Assembly: GCA_016219285.1 (NCBI GenBank)
Contig: JACRNJ010000032.1
Span: 21,721-85,720 of the forward strand
Direction of reading: 5' to 3'
DNA: 64,000 nt
From: Deltaproteobacteria bacterium
GTDB taxonomy: Bacteria; Desulfobacterota; GWC2-55-46; UBA9637
The notes under the pieces are model-generated. The model was not told the origin of the DNA. It worked only from the letters and a program-made list of their open reading frames with translations, and did not search any database. The position numbers and the translations under genes were made by a program. This document shows positions 1-8,948 of this stretch, one piece after another; positions within the stretch are counted from its first letter, which is position 1, and each line of letters begins with the position of its first letter.

Positions 1-36
1 TATCAATTGCCTGTCCTCTCCGTTCAGATTATATTT

Positions 37-732
37 ATGCTTATGATGATATTAAAAATTGCTATATCTCTTTTAATTGTTTCAGCCCTCTCAAGTAAGG
101 GTTATGCTGAGACTGATGTTAAAAAGATATACAATCTCAGGGAGAAAGAGGGGCTTTACAAAATTATAGATGGGGTTGAAAAGAAGATACATTCAGAGCC
201 TTCAGCTAAAGATAGCCTTAAAGTGCTGGGTATTGCATACCACAATTTAGCTGTCCTTGGGATGAAAGGGGCATCTGATAAGGCTGTGGAATACCTTGAA
301 AAGGCAAATCAATTATCACCAGAAGACTATGAAGTGATTGCCTATCTGGGCAGTGCGAAGACAATGGCTGCAAGGGATTCATGGAATTTATTTATCAAAC
401 TGAGTAAGGTGAATGATGGAATAAACATGATGGACAGGGCAGTAAGTAAATCACCTGATAATATTGCTATAAGGATGGTCAGGGCAAATAACAGCCTTAA
501 ACTGCCAAAGTTTTTTGGCAGGAGGGATATTGCAAATAAGGACTTCCTCCATATTGAGGGATTAATAAATGCCCAATCCGATATTGATTCAGATATAAAG
601 GCAGAGGTCTTTTATCATCTCGGTATGCTTTATAAAGAAGAGAATGAGGCATTATCAAAGGGGTATTTCAGGAAGACAATTGAGGCTTCTCCAAATTCAA
701 AATGGGGAGTCGAGGCAAGAAAGGGTTTATAA
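37..732 (+). CDS. secreted helical repeat (TPR-like) protein, function unknown; first gene of a putative exporter cluster
   Basis: ORF 7..732. The ATG at 37 gives a hydrophobic signal-peptide-like N-terminus (MLMMILKIAISLLIVSALSS). The protein is helical and repeat-rich. It is contiguous with the downstream ABC genes. Confidence 0.4.
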   Translation: MLMMILKIAISLLIVSALSSKGYAETDVKKIYNLREKEGLYKIIDGVEKKIHSEPSAKDSLKVLGIAYHNLAVLGMKGASDKAVEYLEKANQLSPEDYEVIAYLGSAKTMAARDSWNLFIKLSKVNDGINMMDRAVSKSPDNIAIRMVRANNSLKLPKFFGRRDIANKDFLHIEGLINAQSDIDSDIKAEVFYHLGMLYKEENEALSKGYFRKTIEASPNSKWGVEARKGL

Positions 733-1398
733 ATGATATCTCTAAAAGATGTAACAAAGGAATACAGGCTTGGTAAGTCCGTTATCAATGCCCTACGGGG
801 GATTGACCTTGAGATTAATGAGGGAGAGTTTATATCCCTTTGCGGACCATCGGGCAGTGGGAAATCTACGCTTCTCAATCTCATAGGGTGTTTAGATTTC
901 CCGACATCAGGAAAGATTATGGTGATGGATAAAGATGTGTCTGAATTATCGGATGCAGTGTTATCAAGATTAAGGAATAACACCATCGGTTTTATATTCC
1001 AGATGTTCAACCTTATCCCTGTTCTTACCGCCTATGAGAATACAGAGTATCCATTACTGATACTTGGCATGAATAGAAAGGAACGGCAGGCAAGGGTATC
1101 AAGGATGCTCGATGAGGTTGGACTTTCTAAATTTATTAAACATAAGCCTGATGAACTCTCCGGTGGGCAGAGACAGAGGGTTGCTATTGCAAGGGCGCTT
1201 GTTACAAACCCTAAAATTGTCCTTGCAGATGAGCCCACTGCAAATCTTGATTCACAAACAGGCATAGAAATACTTGAGCTTATGAAGATGATGAATGAGG
1301 AGCATAAAACCACATTTATCTTTTCAACCCACGATCAAAAAGTTGTGAGATATGCAAAAAAGGTATACAACATCACAGATGGGAGGATAAATAGTTGA
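733..1398 (+). CDS. ABC transporter ATP-binding protein (LolD/MacB/FtsE-like)
   Basis: Walker A GPSGSGKST, ABC signature LSGGQRQRVAIARAL, Walker B LADEPT. The stop overlaps the start of the permease gene. Confidence 0.9.
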   Translation: MISLKDVTKEYRLGKSVINALRGIDLEINEGEFISLCGPSGSGKSTLLNLIGCLDFPTSGKIMVMDKDVSELSDAVLSRLRNNTIGFIFQMFNLIPVLTAYENTEYPLLILGMNRKERQARVSRMLDEVGLSKFIKHKPDELSGGQRQRVAIARALVTNPKIVLADEPTANLDSQTGIEILELMKMMNEEHKTTFIFSTHDQKVVRYAKKVYNITDGRINS

Positions 1399-2618
1399 AG
1401 ACCATATTACTATCACTCCGTAATATATTCAGAAATAAGAGAAGGACTGCTATTACATTCATGGCAATTATCTCGGGTATGACAGGGATTATAGTCTTTG
1501 GCGGTTTTGTTAAATTTACCTATCAGGGCTTAAGGGAATCAACAATAAGGACTCAGCTCGGTCATGTCCAGATATATAAGAAGGGTTATTCGGAAAAGGG
1601 TGTTGCCAACCCAAACAAATACCTGATAAATAATCCGGAGGCTGTTGAAAAGGCATTATCAGTAATACCTGATATAAAGATGGTCAGCAGCAGGCTCACA
1701 TTTTCCGGTCTTATCAGCACAGGAGAAAAGACACTCACATGCAAGGGTATAGGTATTGCCGTAGAAAAGGAAGGAGAGATGAGCGACTTTGAAACCATTG
1801 TAGAGGGCGGACAACTTGAGCCGGATATGCCGGACGGCGGGGTAGTAGGCATCGAGCTCATGAAGGCGCTCGGTGCAAAGGTAGGGGATTATCTGACCAT
1901 CCTTACCACGACAACGGAGGGTGCTATAAATGCCTTAGATTTTAAAGTAGTCGGTGTGGCGCAGACAGGCTCACAAGATTATGACAGCGTATTCGTAAAA
2001 CTGCCGATTAAGCTCGTTCAGAGGGTTTTAGACACGGATTCTGCAGAAAAGATTATAGTTCTTTTAAATGATACTGATAATATCGGCAGGGTGTCCCTGG
2101 TATTGGAGGATATTATCAAAAAGAATGGATTCAATCTTGAGTATAAGCTATGGAGCGACCTTGCGATATTTTACAATAAGGTAGTTCAGCTCTATAACGG
2201 AATATTCGGTGTGATAAAAATCATTATAGGCGTTATTGTCCTTTTCAGCATAGCAAATACTATGAATATGTCCGTATTTGAGAGGGTGAGGGAGATAGGG
2301 ACATTAAGGGCAATCGGGACGACGAGGGCGGGTATTATGAGGTTGTTTATATCAGAGGGGATATTGGTCGGGATAATCGGCGGTTTGTTCGGTATTGCTG
2401 CCGGTATTTTAATAGCATACATCATCAACTTAAGCGGGGGGATATACATACCTCCGCCTCCTAACATGAACAAGGGATATATCGCACTTATATTGATTGT
2501 GCCGGAGGTAATACTCTATGCCTTTGTCTCAACAGTAATTGTATCCGCTCTATCATCAATCTATCCTGCATATAAGGCATCGAAACTAAAGGTAGTGGAG
2601 GCGCTGGGACATGTGTAA
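1395..2618 (+). CDS. ABC transporter permease, FtsX/MacB/LolCE family
   Basis: TTG start overlaps the upstream stop. An N-terminal transmembrane segment is followed by a large periplasmic domain and then three C-terminal transmembrane segments (FtsX fold). Length 407 aa. Confidence 0.85.
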   Translation: MKTILLSLRNIFRNKRRTAITFMAIISGMTGIIVFGGFVKFTYQGLRESTIRTQLGHVQIYKKGYSEKGVANPNKYLINNPEAVEKALSVIPDIKMVSSRLTFSGLISTGEKTLTCKGIGIAVEKEGEMSDFETIVEGGQLEPDMPDGGVVGIELMKALGAKVGDYLTILTTTTEGAINALDFKVVGVAQTGSQDYDSVFVKLPIKLVQRVLDTDSAEKIIVLLNDTDNIGRVSLVLEDIIKKNGFNLEYKLWSDLAIFYNKVVQLYNGIFGVIKIIIGVIVLFSIANTMNMSVFERVREIGTLRAIGTTRAGIMRLFISEGILVGIIGGLFGIAAGILIAYIINLSGGIYIPPPPNMNKGYIALILIVPEVILYAFVSTVIVSALSSIYPAYKASKLKVVEALGHV

Positions 2619-2628
2619 AAAAATCAAG

Positions 2629-3387
2629 ATGCAAGATTCAAGATGCAAGATTCAAGTTTTACATCTTAAGTTTCTACTCGCAACTATTTTCTTACAACTT
2701 GCAACTTGCAACCTGCAACTGTCTTTTGCCCTTACGCCGCAGGAGGTACTTGAAAAGGTAGATAATATAAGGGCGCCTGACAGGACATTCATCTTTAACT
2801 TAAAGGTAACTGTTAAAAAAGGGGATGATGAAGATGTTTCAGAATTTTCTGTAAGGGTCAAAGATGCAAAGAAAAGCCTTGTTGTCTTTAAATCACCCCC
2901 ATCAAATAAAGGACGGGTATTGCTTATGGTAGAAGATAATATGTGGATATACATACCAGGGACAAGAAACCCCATAAGAATATCGCCCCAGCAGCAGATT
3001 ATGGGGAGGGTATCAAACGGAGATGTTGCAAGGGTTGTATATAATCTCGATTACAACGTTGAATCATTGGAAAATGAAGGGGAAATTATAAAGATGACCC
3101 TCGCTGCAAAGACAAAGGGCGCAGCATATAAAAGTATAAATCTGTGGATAGAAAAGGAGACCTTTAAACCTATCAAGGCAGAATTTTTTGCCCTGTCTGG
3201 TAAACTTTTAAAAACAGGATATTACAAAGGCTACAAAGAGATACTTGGCAAAGAGAGACCAACCATCATAGAGATACATGATGGGATAAAGGAACCAGAG
3301 ATATCCATTATGGAATATAGCAACATAAAACTTGAAGACACTCCCGATGCACACTTTCAGAAGACATTTATGGAAAGGGTGAAATAA
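2629..3387 (+). CDS. LolA-like outer-membrane lipoprotein-sorting / periplasmic carrier-like protein
   Basis: About 250 aa periplasmic protein with a signal peptide (LLATIFLQLATCNLQLSFA). The N-terminal region is encoded by the tandem repeat at 2618-2735. The start could be 2611 or 2629. The gene sits in an ABC/FtsX operon, as expected for a LolA_like family member. Confidence 0.55.
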   Translation: MQDSRCKIQVLHLKFLLATIFLQLATCNLQLSFALTPQEVLEKVDNIRAPDRTFIFNLKVTVKKGDDEDVSEFSVRVKDAKKSLVVFKSPPSNKGRVLLMVEDNMWIYIPGTRNPIRISPQQQIMGRVSNGDVARVVYNLDYNVESLENEGEIIKMTLAAKTKGAAYKSINLWIEKETFKPIKAEFFALSGKLLKTGYYKGYKEILGKERPTIIEIHDGIKEPEISIMEYSNIKLEDTPDAHFQKTFMERVK

Positions 3388-3395
3388 AATGTAAA

Positions 3396-4673
3396 ATGCA
3401 AAATGTAAAATGCAAAATTAAGGTAACTTTTTTTGTCTTTTTTATTTTTCTCTCTTGCCTATCCCATGCGCAGGAATTTACCTATGAATTCAGCGGCAAG
3501 ATTATTGAACAGCCCGCATATTATTTTTTAAAAGATGATTATCTCCTGAACCCCAACGGAGAGATACTGGATTTTTCTCTCTCAAAAAACAGGTTTTATG
3601 GCGATATAAATTTCAACCTTGATTACCAGAATTTTAAATTCATCTCAAAATTTAGACCAACAGTTTTATCGGATAAAAAGGATACAAATATAAAAACCAT
3701 TATTGATGACGGGTATCTGGACATTGGTTTTAAAGATAGGTTTTTCCTCTATCTTGGCAAAAGGAATATAAGGGATGGGGTTGGGCTCGGCTCAAATCCT
3801 ACAGATTTCTTAGGTGAAGGAAAAGAGGTTGATATGGCAAAGAGGGAGGAGGAGAGGCGGGTGGAGAGGGAGGGTAATTACCTGATCGGTATGGATACCT
3901 ATTTTAAAGATATTACATTAACTGCAATATTTGCCCCCCATATAAAGGAACTACAGGATGAAAAGGATAGGGTCATTTTAAAGGCAGGTTTTCTGATGGA
4001 GCCGCTCAATACAGACATCTCTTTTCACTATTTTAACAGCAGCATACCGGGGGCGGGCATTAACATATCCACCACCATTGGAGAGAGTCTTGTTCTGCAC
4101 ACAGAGTCAGCCCTTCGATGGGGAAGCGATAGAAAGATAGTCAGGCTCATCCAGGAGGGAAGCCCAAACCTATACGAAATATATCATCCCGATGACAATC
4201 AAACAATCTATCCACATATAGCAGCAGGAGGACATTATACATTTAAAGACGGAACGAATGTTATATTAGAATACCTATATAATGGCGATGGATACAATAG
4301 CGAAGAATGGAATACTCTCAAAGGATTTATAAAATACAGCTATGACGAATACAAAACCGGCTTTTTAAAAGAGCTTATGAAAGGGAACCTACTGCAGGCA
4401 AACGAGATAATGAGATTCAGGGAGTTGAGGAGAAACTATATCTTTGCAAGGATAAGCAACTCCGGCATCACAGAAAAGATAGACGGGGCATTGGTCTTCC
4501 TTTTAAATACAGATGATAAGAGCTTTCTCATTTATCCATCCGTGGATTATAAGATCAAGGGCAATACTACCGTAGGATTTTCTGCCATAATATTTGTCGG
4601 TGAAAATGACACGGAATTTGGTATGACCCACTGGGGGAGCGAAGTTAGTATGGTATATAGGTATTTCTTTTGA
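3396..4673 (+). CDS. putative outer membrane beta-barrel protein
   Basis: Signal peptide ending SHAQEF. The sequence alternates amphipathic beta-like segments rich in Y and G. The C-terminus RYFF ends in an aromatic residue, typical of OMP beta-barrels. It is the last gene of the exporter cluster. Confidence 0.45.
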   Translation: MQNVKCKIKVTFFVFFIFLSCLSHAQEFTYEFSGKIIEQPAYYFLKDDYLLNPNGEILDFSLSKNRFYGDINFNLDYQNFKFISKFRPTVLSDKKDTNIKTIIDDGYLDIGFKDRFFLYLGKRNIRDGVGLGSNPTDFLGEGKEVDMAKREEERRVEREGNYLIGMDTYFKDITLTAIFAPHIKELQDEKDRVILKAGFLMEPLNTDISFHYFNSSIPGAGINISTTIGESLVLHTESALRWGSDRKIVRLIQEGSPNLYEIYHPDDNQTIYPHIAAGGHYTFKDGTNVILEYLYNGDGYNSEEWNTLKGFIKYSYDEYKTGFLKELMKGNLLQANEIMRFRELRRNYIFARISNSGITEKIDGALVFLLNTDDKSFLIYPSVDYKIKGNTTVGFSAIIFVGENDTEFGMTHWGSEVSMVYRYFF

Positions 4674-4707
4674 ATCTCCAAATGCGGGAGCCTTTATTTT
4701 CTTGATT

Positions 4708-6123
4708 TTATTTCTCTATACTTCCTGTCAGGGAATTCGGCGATGCCTTTATTATCCTGACCGGCACAATCCTTCCAATCATGTTTTTGTCAGCGGAAAG
4801 GTTTACCACCTTATTGCATGATGTCCTGCCTGTGAGCTGTGTTATTGCGTTTACAGCGTGATTGCGTTTTGCGTTATTTAATATGGCAGCTCCAACATCC
4901 TCTGCCTTGCTTTTCCCTTCTATTAAAATATCCACTGTCTTTCCTGCCATCTCTTGGTTTTTGCTATGGGTTATATTCATCTGCGTCTTCTGAAGTATTG
5001 CAAGTCTTTCCTCTTTTATTATATCAGGAATCTGTCTATCAAATGACGCAGCCATTGTCTCCTGTCTTGGAGAATACTTAAATGAAAATATATTGTCAAA
5101 CTCCAGTTCTTTTATTAAACTCATGGTATCTCTAAAATCAGCTTCTGTTTCTCCAGGAAAACCGACAATAATATCAGTTGTAATAGCCATGTCAGGATAT
5201 AGCATCTTCAGCTTTAATATTTTATTTGAATAACCTTCCCTTGTATATCCTCTATTCATTCTATTCAATATTGTATCGGAACCGGATTGAAGGGGCAGAT
5301 GAATATGTCTGCAAAGCCTGTCTTCCTCGTCAAACAATTTTATAAGCCCTTCAGACATATCCTTTGGATGCGAAGTTATAAATCTAACCCTTTCTATACC
5401 GTCCAGCCTGCATACCAGCTTAAGAAGTTCTGGAAATGAAATATCTGCGCCGTTATTGCCGTAGGAATTTACATTTTGCCCAAGAAGGGTTATCTCTTTC
5501 ACTCCTGCCTTTATCAGTTTTTTTGCCTCTTGAAGAATATCTGAGCTTTTCCTGCTCATTTCCCTTCCCCGCACATATGGGACTATACAGTATGAGCAGA
5601 AATTATCACATCCCCTCATTATAGTAATGGATGCCTTAACCATGCTGCCATGATTTTCCAATTTATTTTCCGGATATATATACTCCAAGGATTGCTCATC
5701 TTCAATAAAATTGAAGAATTCAGTAGCAGCAACCCTGCTTCTTGTGCTCTCAACCGTCTTAATCAAATCTGGCAGCCGATGAATATTGTGCGTGCCAAAT
5801 ACAACATCAAGATATGGAGCCCTCTTTAATAATCTATTCCCTTCTTGCTGCGCTACACAACCGCCTACACCAATAATTAAACCAGGCTTTTGTTTCTTAA
5901 GTTTTTTAAGCCTGCCCAATGCGCTATAAACCTTTTGTTCTGCCTTGTCCCTGATACTGCACGTATTGAGTATGACGATATCTGCCTTATCCGGACTATC
6001 GGTAGTTTTGCAGTTAAGGCGGTTCATCAGGCCAATTATCCTCTCTGAATCATTGTCATTCATCTGACAGCCAAAGGTTTCAATAAAAATGTATTTTTCT
6101 TTTTTATCTAATTGCGTTTCCAT
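4708..6123 (-). CDS. miaB: tRNA-i6A37 methylthiotransferase MiaB (radical SAM)
   Basis: N-terminal MTTase domain (ETFGCQMNDNDSE) and a radical SAM motif CDNFCSYCIVPYVRG. The ORF track starts at 6231, but the METQLDKK start at 6123 fits MiaB length better. Confidence 0.9.
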   Translation of the reverse strand: METQLDKKEKYIFIETFGCQMNDNDSERIIGLMNRLNCKTTDSPDKADIVILNTCSIRDKAEQKVYSALGRLKKLKKQKPGLIIGVGGCVAQQEGNRLLKRAPYLDVVFGTHNIHRLPDLIKTVESTRSRVAATEFFNFIEDEQSLEYIYPENKLENHGSMVKASITIMRGCDNFCSYCIVPYVRGREMSRKSSDILQEAKKLIKAGVKEITLLGQNVNSYGNNGADISFPELLKLVCRLDGIERVRFITSHPKDMSEGLIKLFDEEDRLCRHIHLPLQSGSDTILNRMNRGYTREGYSNKILKLKMLYPDMAITTDIIVGFPGETEADFRDTMSLIKELEFDNIFSFKYSPRQETMAASFDRQIPDIIKEERLAILQKTQMNITHSKNQEMAGKTVDILIEGKSKAEDVGAAILNNAKRNHAVNAITQLTGRTSCNKVVNLSADKNMIGRIVPVRIIKASPNSLTGSIEK

Positions 6124-6268
6124 AGCTGATGAGATTTGGTGATGGAAGATTATTAGAGGTAAGAAGTTAAGGGATGAGCAGGTCAGAGGCAAGAGATTTT
6201 TGCCTTCAACCTTCAAGCCTCCAACCTCCAACTTCGCTAATTATCTAATTCACTAATTAGACAATTCT

Positions 6269-6940
6269 CTAATTCATATGGTCCATTATCTCTTTTTTAA
6301 CAGGTCTAACCGGCCATATGCCATTTATATTGTAGCCGTTTGATATCTTCTGCCCTACAGCTCTTGCCTCGCTGGCCGAGGAATAAAACCCTATTCTGAG
6401 TCTATACCACTGCTTTCCTTTAAAGTCAAATTCCGTCACATATGCATTGTAATTATCCTGCTTAAATCTTTTTACCATAGCCTCTGCTTCTTCTCTTGAT
6501 ACATAAGATGCGATATGCACAACCCAAGGTTTATACGTCGTCTTCTTGCTGACAGATGGTTTTTGTTCCTCTTTCTTCACTGTTGTTTCCCTTTCAGGAG
6601 CAGATACTTTGTCCTGAGGTTTTTTCTCAATCATGGTTTTTACATCTTCTTTCTTTTTAACCTCAGGTTTCACAACACCAGGCTTGACAGGTGAAATTTC
6701 GGGTTTAGCCAATGCTGGCGCCTGCGCTTGAGCAGCGGCTGGTTTTGCTTCTTCTTTTTTTACTTCGGATGCCGCAGGAACCTCTATCTTCATCCTCTTG
6801 ACAATCTTCTCAGGCTCTGGAGGCGGAGTAACAGCCGTGCCGTGAAAAAATAAAAAATAGGCAATAATCCCTCCGCCTATTACTACAAGTGTAATAAGAA
6901 GCATGCTTGTTCTTTTGTTAAAACTATCGGCAATCCCCAT
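6269..6940 (-). CDS. SPOR-domain cell division protein (membrane anchored, Pro/Lys/Glu-rich linker)
   Basis: N-terminal transmembrane segment (LLITLVVIGGGIIAYFLFF), a low-complexity PEK-rich linker, and a C-terminal SPOR-like fold (HIASYVSREEAEAMVKRF ... YRLRIGFYSSASEARAV). Confidence 0.7.
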   Translation of the reverse strand: MGIADSFNKRTSMLLITLVVIGGGIIAYFLFFHGTAVTPPPEPEKIVKRMKIEVPAASEVKKEEAKPAAAQAQAPALAKPEISPVKPGVVKPEVKKKEDVKTMIEKKPQDKVSAPERETTVKKEEQKPSVSKKTTYKPWVVHIASYVSREEAEAMVKRFKQDNYNAYVTEFDFKGKQWYRLRIGFYSSASEARAVGQKISNGYNINGIWPVRPVKKEIMDHMN

Positions 6941-7065
6941 GGCCTCACCTCCCTAATGGTATTTGATTCACTCAGTCAAATGCTCTAAATTGGTTAGAGA
7001 TCATTATTTTATAACTTAGCAATGTACATCTCTCTAACATTTAACCTATTGATTTGTATAGACTC

Positions 7066-7128
7066 GCAGGGTGGGCTGTGCCCACCGCAAACATTGTCCT
7101 TTGTAATGGTGGGCAAAGCCCACCCTGC
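7066..7128. repeat. REPIN-like palindromic doublet (gggtgggcNNtgcccacc x2, inverted), copy 1 of 3
   Basis: gcagggtgggctgtgcccaccgcaaacattgtcctttgtaatggtgggcaaagcccaccctgc. Each half is itself a palindrome. Near-identical copies lie at 23151-23212 and 49400-49463. Confidence 0.85.
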
Positions 7129-7696
7129 TATTTTCATCCTCCTTTGTGAGCCAATGGCTCGTGAGGATTTGCCCCGAAAAATAAAAACTAAATGCATTTT
7201 TCGAGCAGGTTAACAAGCGCAGACCCAAAAATCAATTTTTGGAATAAGTATATCTTAAAAAAGAAACGTTTGAAAGGAGTTTTTCAGCAGCCTGCTGGAT
7301 TGCACAGATTAAAACTCCCTGGAATATCTGTGTCCTCGCTTTTCCTAATCTGCGCAATCAAGGCTGTTGGTGTCTTTTTCAACAATTTTTTCTTGTCTTT
7401 GGTTTCAACTCATCCTTGCTGTAAGAATAAAAATACATGCATTTTTATGGTTAACCCTTTGGCCATAGCAAAATGAAAAAGCAAATGGAAAAACGAAAAA
7501 AAGCATGTTGACCCTTAACAAATTATGTGTTTTACTTTTGTAAAATGTTTATCCATTTTTAACAAAGCAGCTGGTTTTGCGAGGCAAAATCAGCAAAAGA
7601 GGTTTAGGCATTGAATAAGCCGTCTAGTTGCATGCCTAACAGCATCTTGCACGGATGGCAGGTTGAATTTTATATGAATGGCTCTCTATAAATAAG

Positions 7697-8674
7697 ATGA
7701 AGATTAAGATTAAAATTTCACGCTGCGACCCTATGGGTAAAGGCTGGTGCGAGCCGTTTCTCCAAGCCTATGACATAGAGGTAAAAGAGGGTATGACTAT
7801 CCTTGATGCCATTCATCTTGTGAAGGATGTGCAGGATGGGACGTTGGCATTCAGACGGTCTTGCCGGAGCGCTATCTGCGGTTCCTGTGCTGTGAACATA
7901 AATGGTTTTCCAAAACTTGCTTGTAAGACACAGCTTATTACCGAATACAGGAAAAAAGAGTCAATGGTCATTGAACCCCTTTCAAACCACAGGGTGATAA
8001 AAGACCTTGTTGTTGATTTTAATCCATTCTGGGATAAGATAAATAAAGTGGAACCGTGGTTGAATCGTAAGTCGGCTATCAGCCATCAGCCATCAGCTGT
8101 CAGCAAAAAAGATGTTTTGAAGATAGATAATTCCAGCAAATGTATTATGTGCGGATGCTGTAATGGAGCCTGTAATACATTAGAGATTGATAAACATTTT
8201 ATTGCCCCGGCTGCTTTGGCAAAGGCATGGAGGTTTGTGGGTGATGTAAGGGAAGGGGAGAAGAAGAAAAGACTGGAAAAGCTCAGCGAGGCGCATGGTA
8301 TGTGGGATTGCGTAAGATGCGTAAACTGCACTCAGTATTGCCCAAAAGACGTAGCGCCACTTCAGGCAATAGAAAGATTAAGGGCAGAGGCAATAAATCA
8401 AGGAGTTATAGATAATCATGGCGCAAAACATGTAAAATCAATGGTTGATTCCGTGAAGAGGGTGGGCAGACTGGATGAGGCCGCAATGACTTTCAAGACG
8501 CTTGGTTTTTTGCGCTCTTTAGGCATGATACCCTTTGGGTTGAAAATGGAAATGCACGGAAAAATGCCTATGCCGCTCATATTTCCGCAGATTGAAAAAA
8601 TTGAAGAGGTGAAGAAAATATATGAGGAGATAGAGAAGAGAAAGGAGCAGGTTGAGGTTAAGGTAGAGAAGTAA
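7697..8674 (+). CDS. succinate dehydrogenase/fumarate reductase-type iron-sulfur subunit (FrdB/SdhB-like) with C-terminal extension
   Basis: 2Fe-2S ferredoxin motif CRSAICGSCAVNING plus two 4Fe-4S motifs CIMCGCCNGACN and CVRCVNCTQYCP. An in-frame simple-sequence insert lies at 8077-8104. A C-terminal extension of about 80 aa is present. Confidence 0.75.
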   Translation: MKIKIKISRCDPMGKGWCEPFLQAYDIEVKEGMTILDAIHLVKDVQDGTLAFRRSCRSAICGSCAVNINGFPKLACKTQLITEYRKKESMVIEPLSNHRVIKDLVVDFNPFWDKINKVEPWLNRKSAISHQPSAVSKKDVLKIDNSSKCIMCGCCNGACNTLEIDKHFIAPAALAKAWRFVGDVREGEKKKRLEKLSEAHGMWDCVRCVNCTQYCPKDVAPLQAIERLRAEAINQGVIDNHGAKHVKSMVDSVKRVGRLDEAAMTFKTLGFLRSLGMIPFGLKMEMHGKMPMPLIFPQIEKIEEVKKIYEEIEKRKEQVEVKVEK

Positions 8675-8748
8675 AACATAAAATCCTAATGTCTAATTTC
8701 TAATGAAATACCCACGAGCCTTTGGCTCACAAAGGGGCATGAAAATTA

Positions 8749-8836
8749 ACCCCACCCTCACCTTAATCCTCTCCCTGAGGGAGAGGAGACTTTTTTGTTC
8801 CCTCCCATTCAAGGGGAGGGTTAGGGTGGGGATGGG
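8749..8836. repeat. about 88 bp structured palindromic element (copy A), inverted partner at 9879-9963
   Basis: accccaccctcacc...ctccctgagggagagg...ccctcccattcaaggggaggg...gggtggggatggg. The ends are self-complementary and there are two internal mini-hairpins. Confidence 0.8.
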
Positions 8837-8948
8837 CTATTTTCGGAGCAAATACCCAATGACTGAATTTCTCATTTATGCTTTTTGTCATTTGATATTT
8901 TATTGGAAATTAGGATTTAGAAATTAGAAATTTTTAATTTAAATCGTT

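Noticed and set aside
7200-7696. Possible tRNA or riboswitch in the 750 nt gap upstream of the sdhB-like gene
   Set aside because: No cloverleaf-compatible arrangement or known riboswitch consensus was recognisable. It contains only a REPIN copy and AT-rich promoter-like sequence, and the small ORFs there (7009-7476) overlap each other and the repeat.
8703-8927. 74 aa ORF between the sdhB-like and CCG genes
   Set aside because: It is translated from the 88 bp structured palindrome (copy A) and has no protein-like features.
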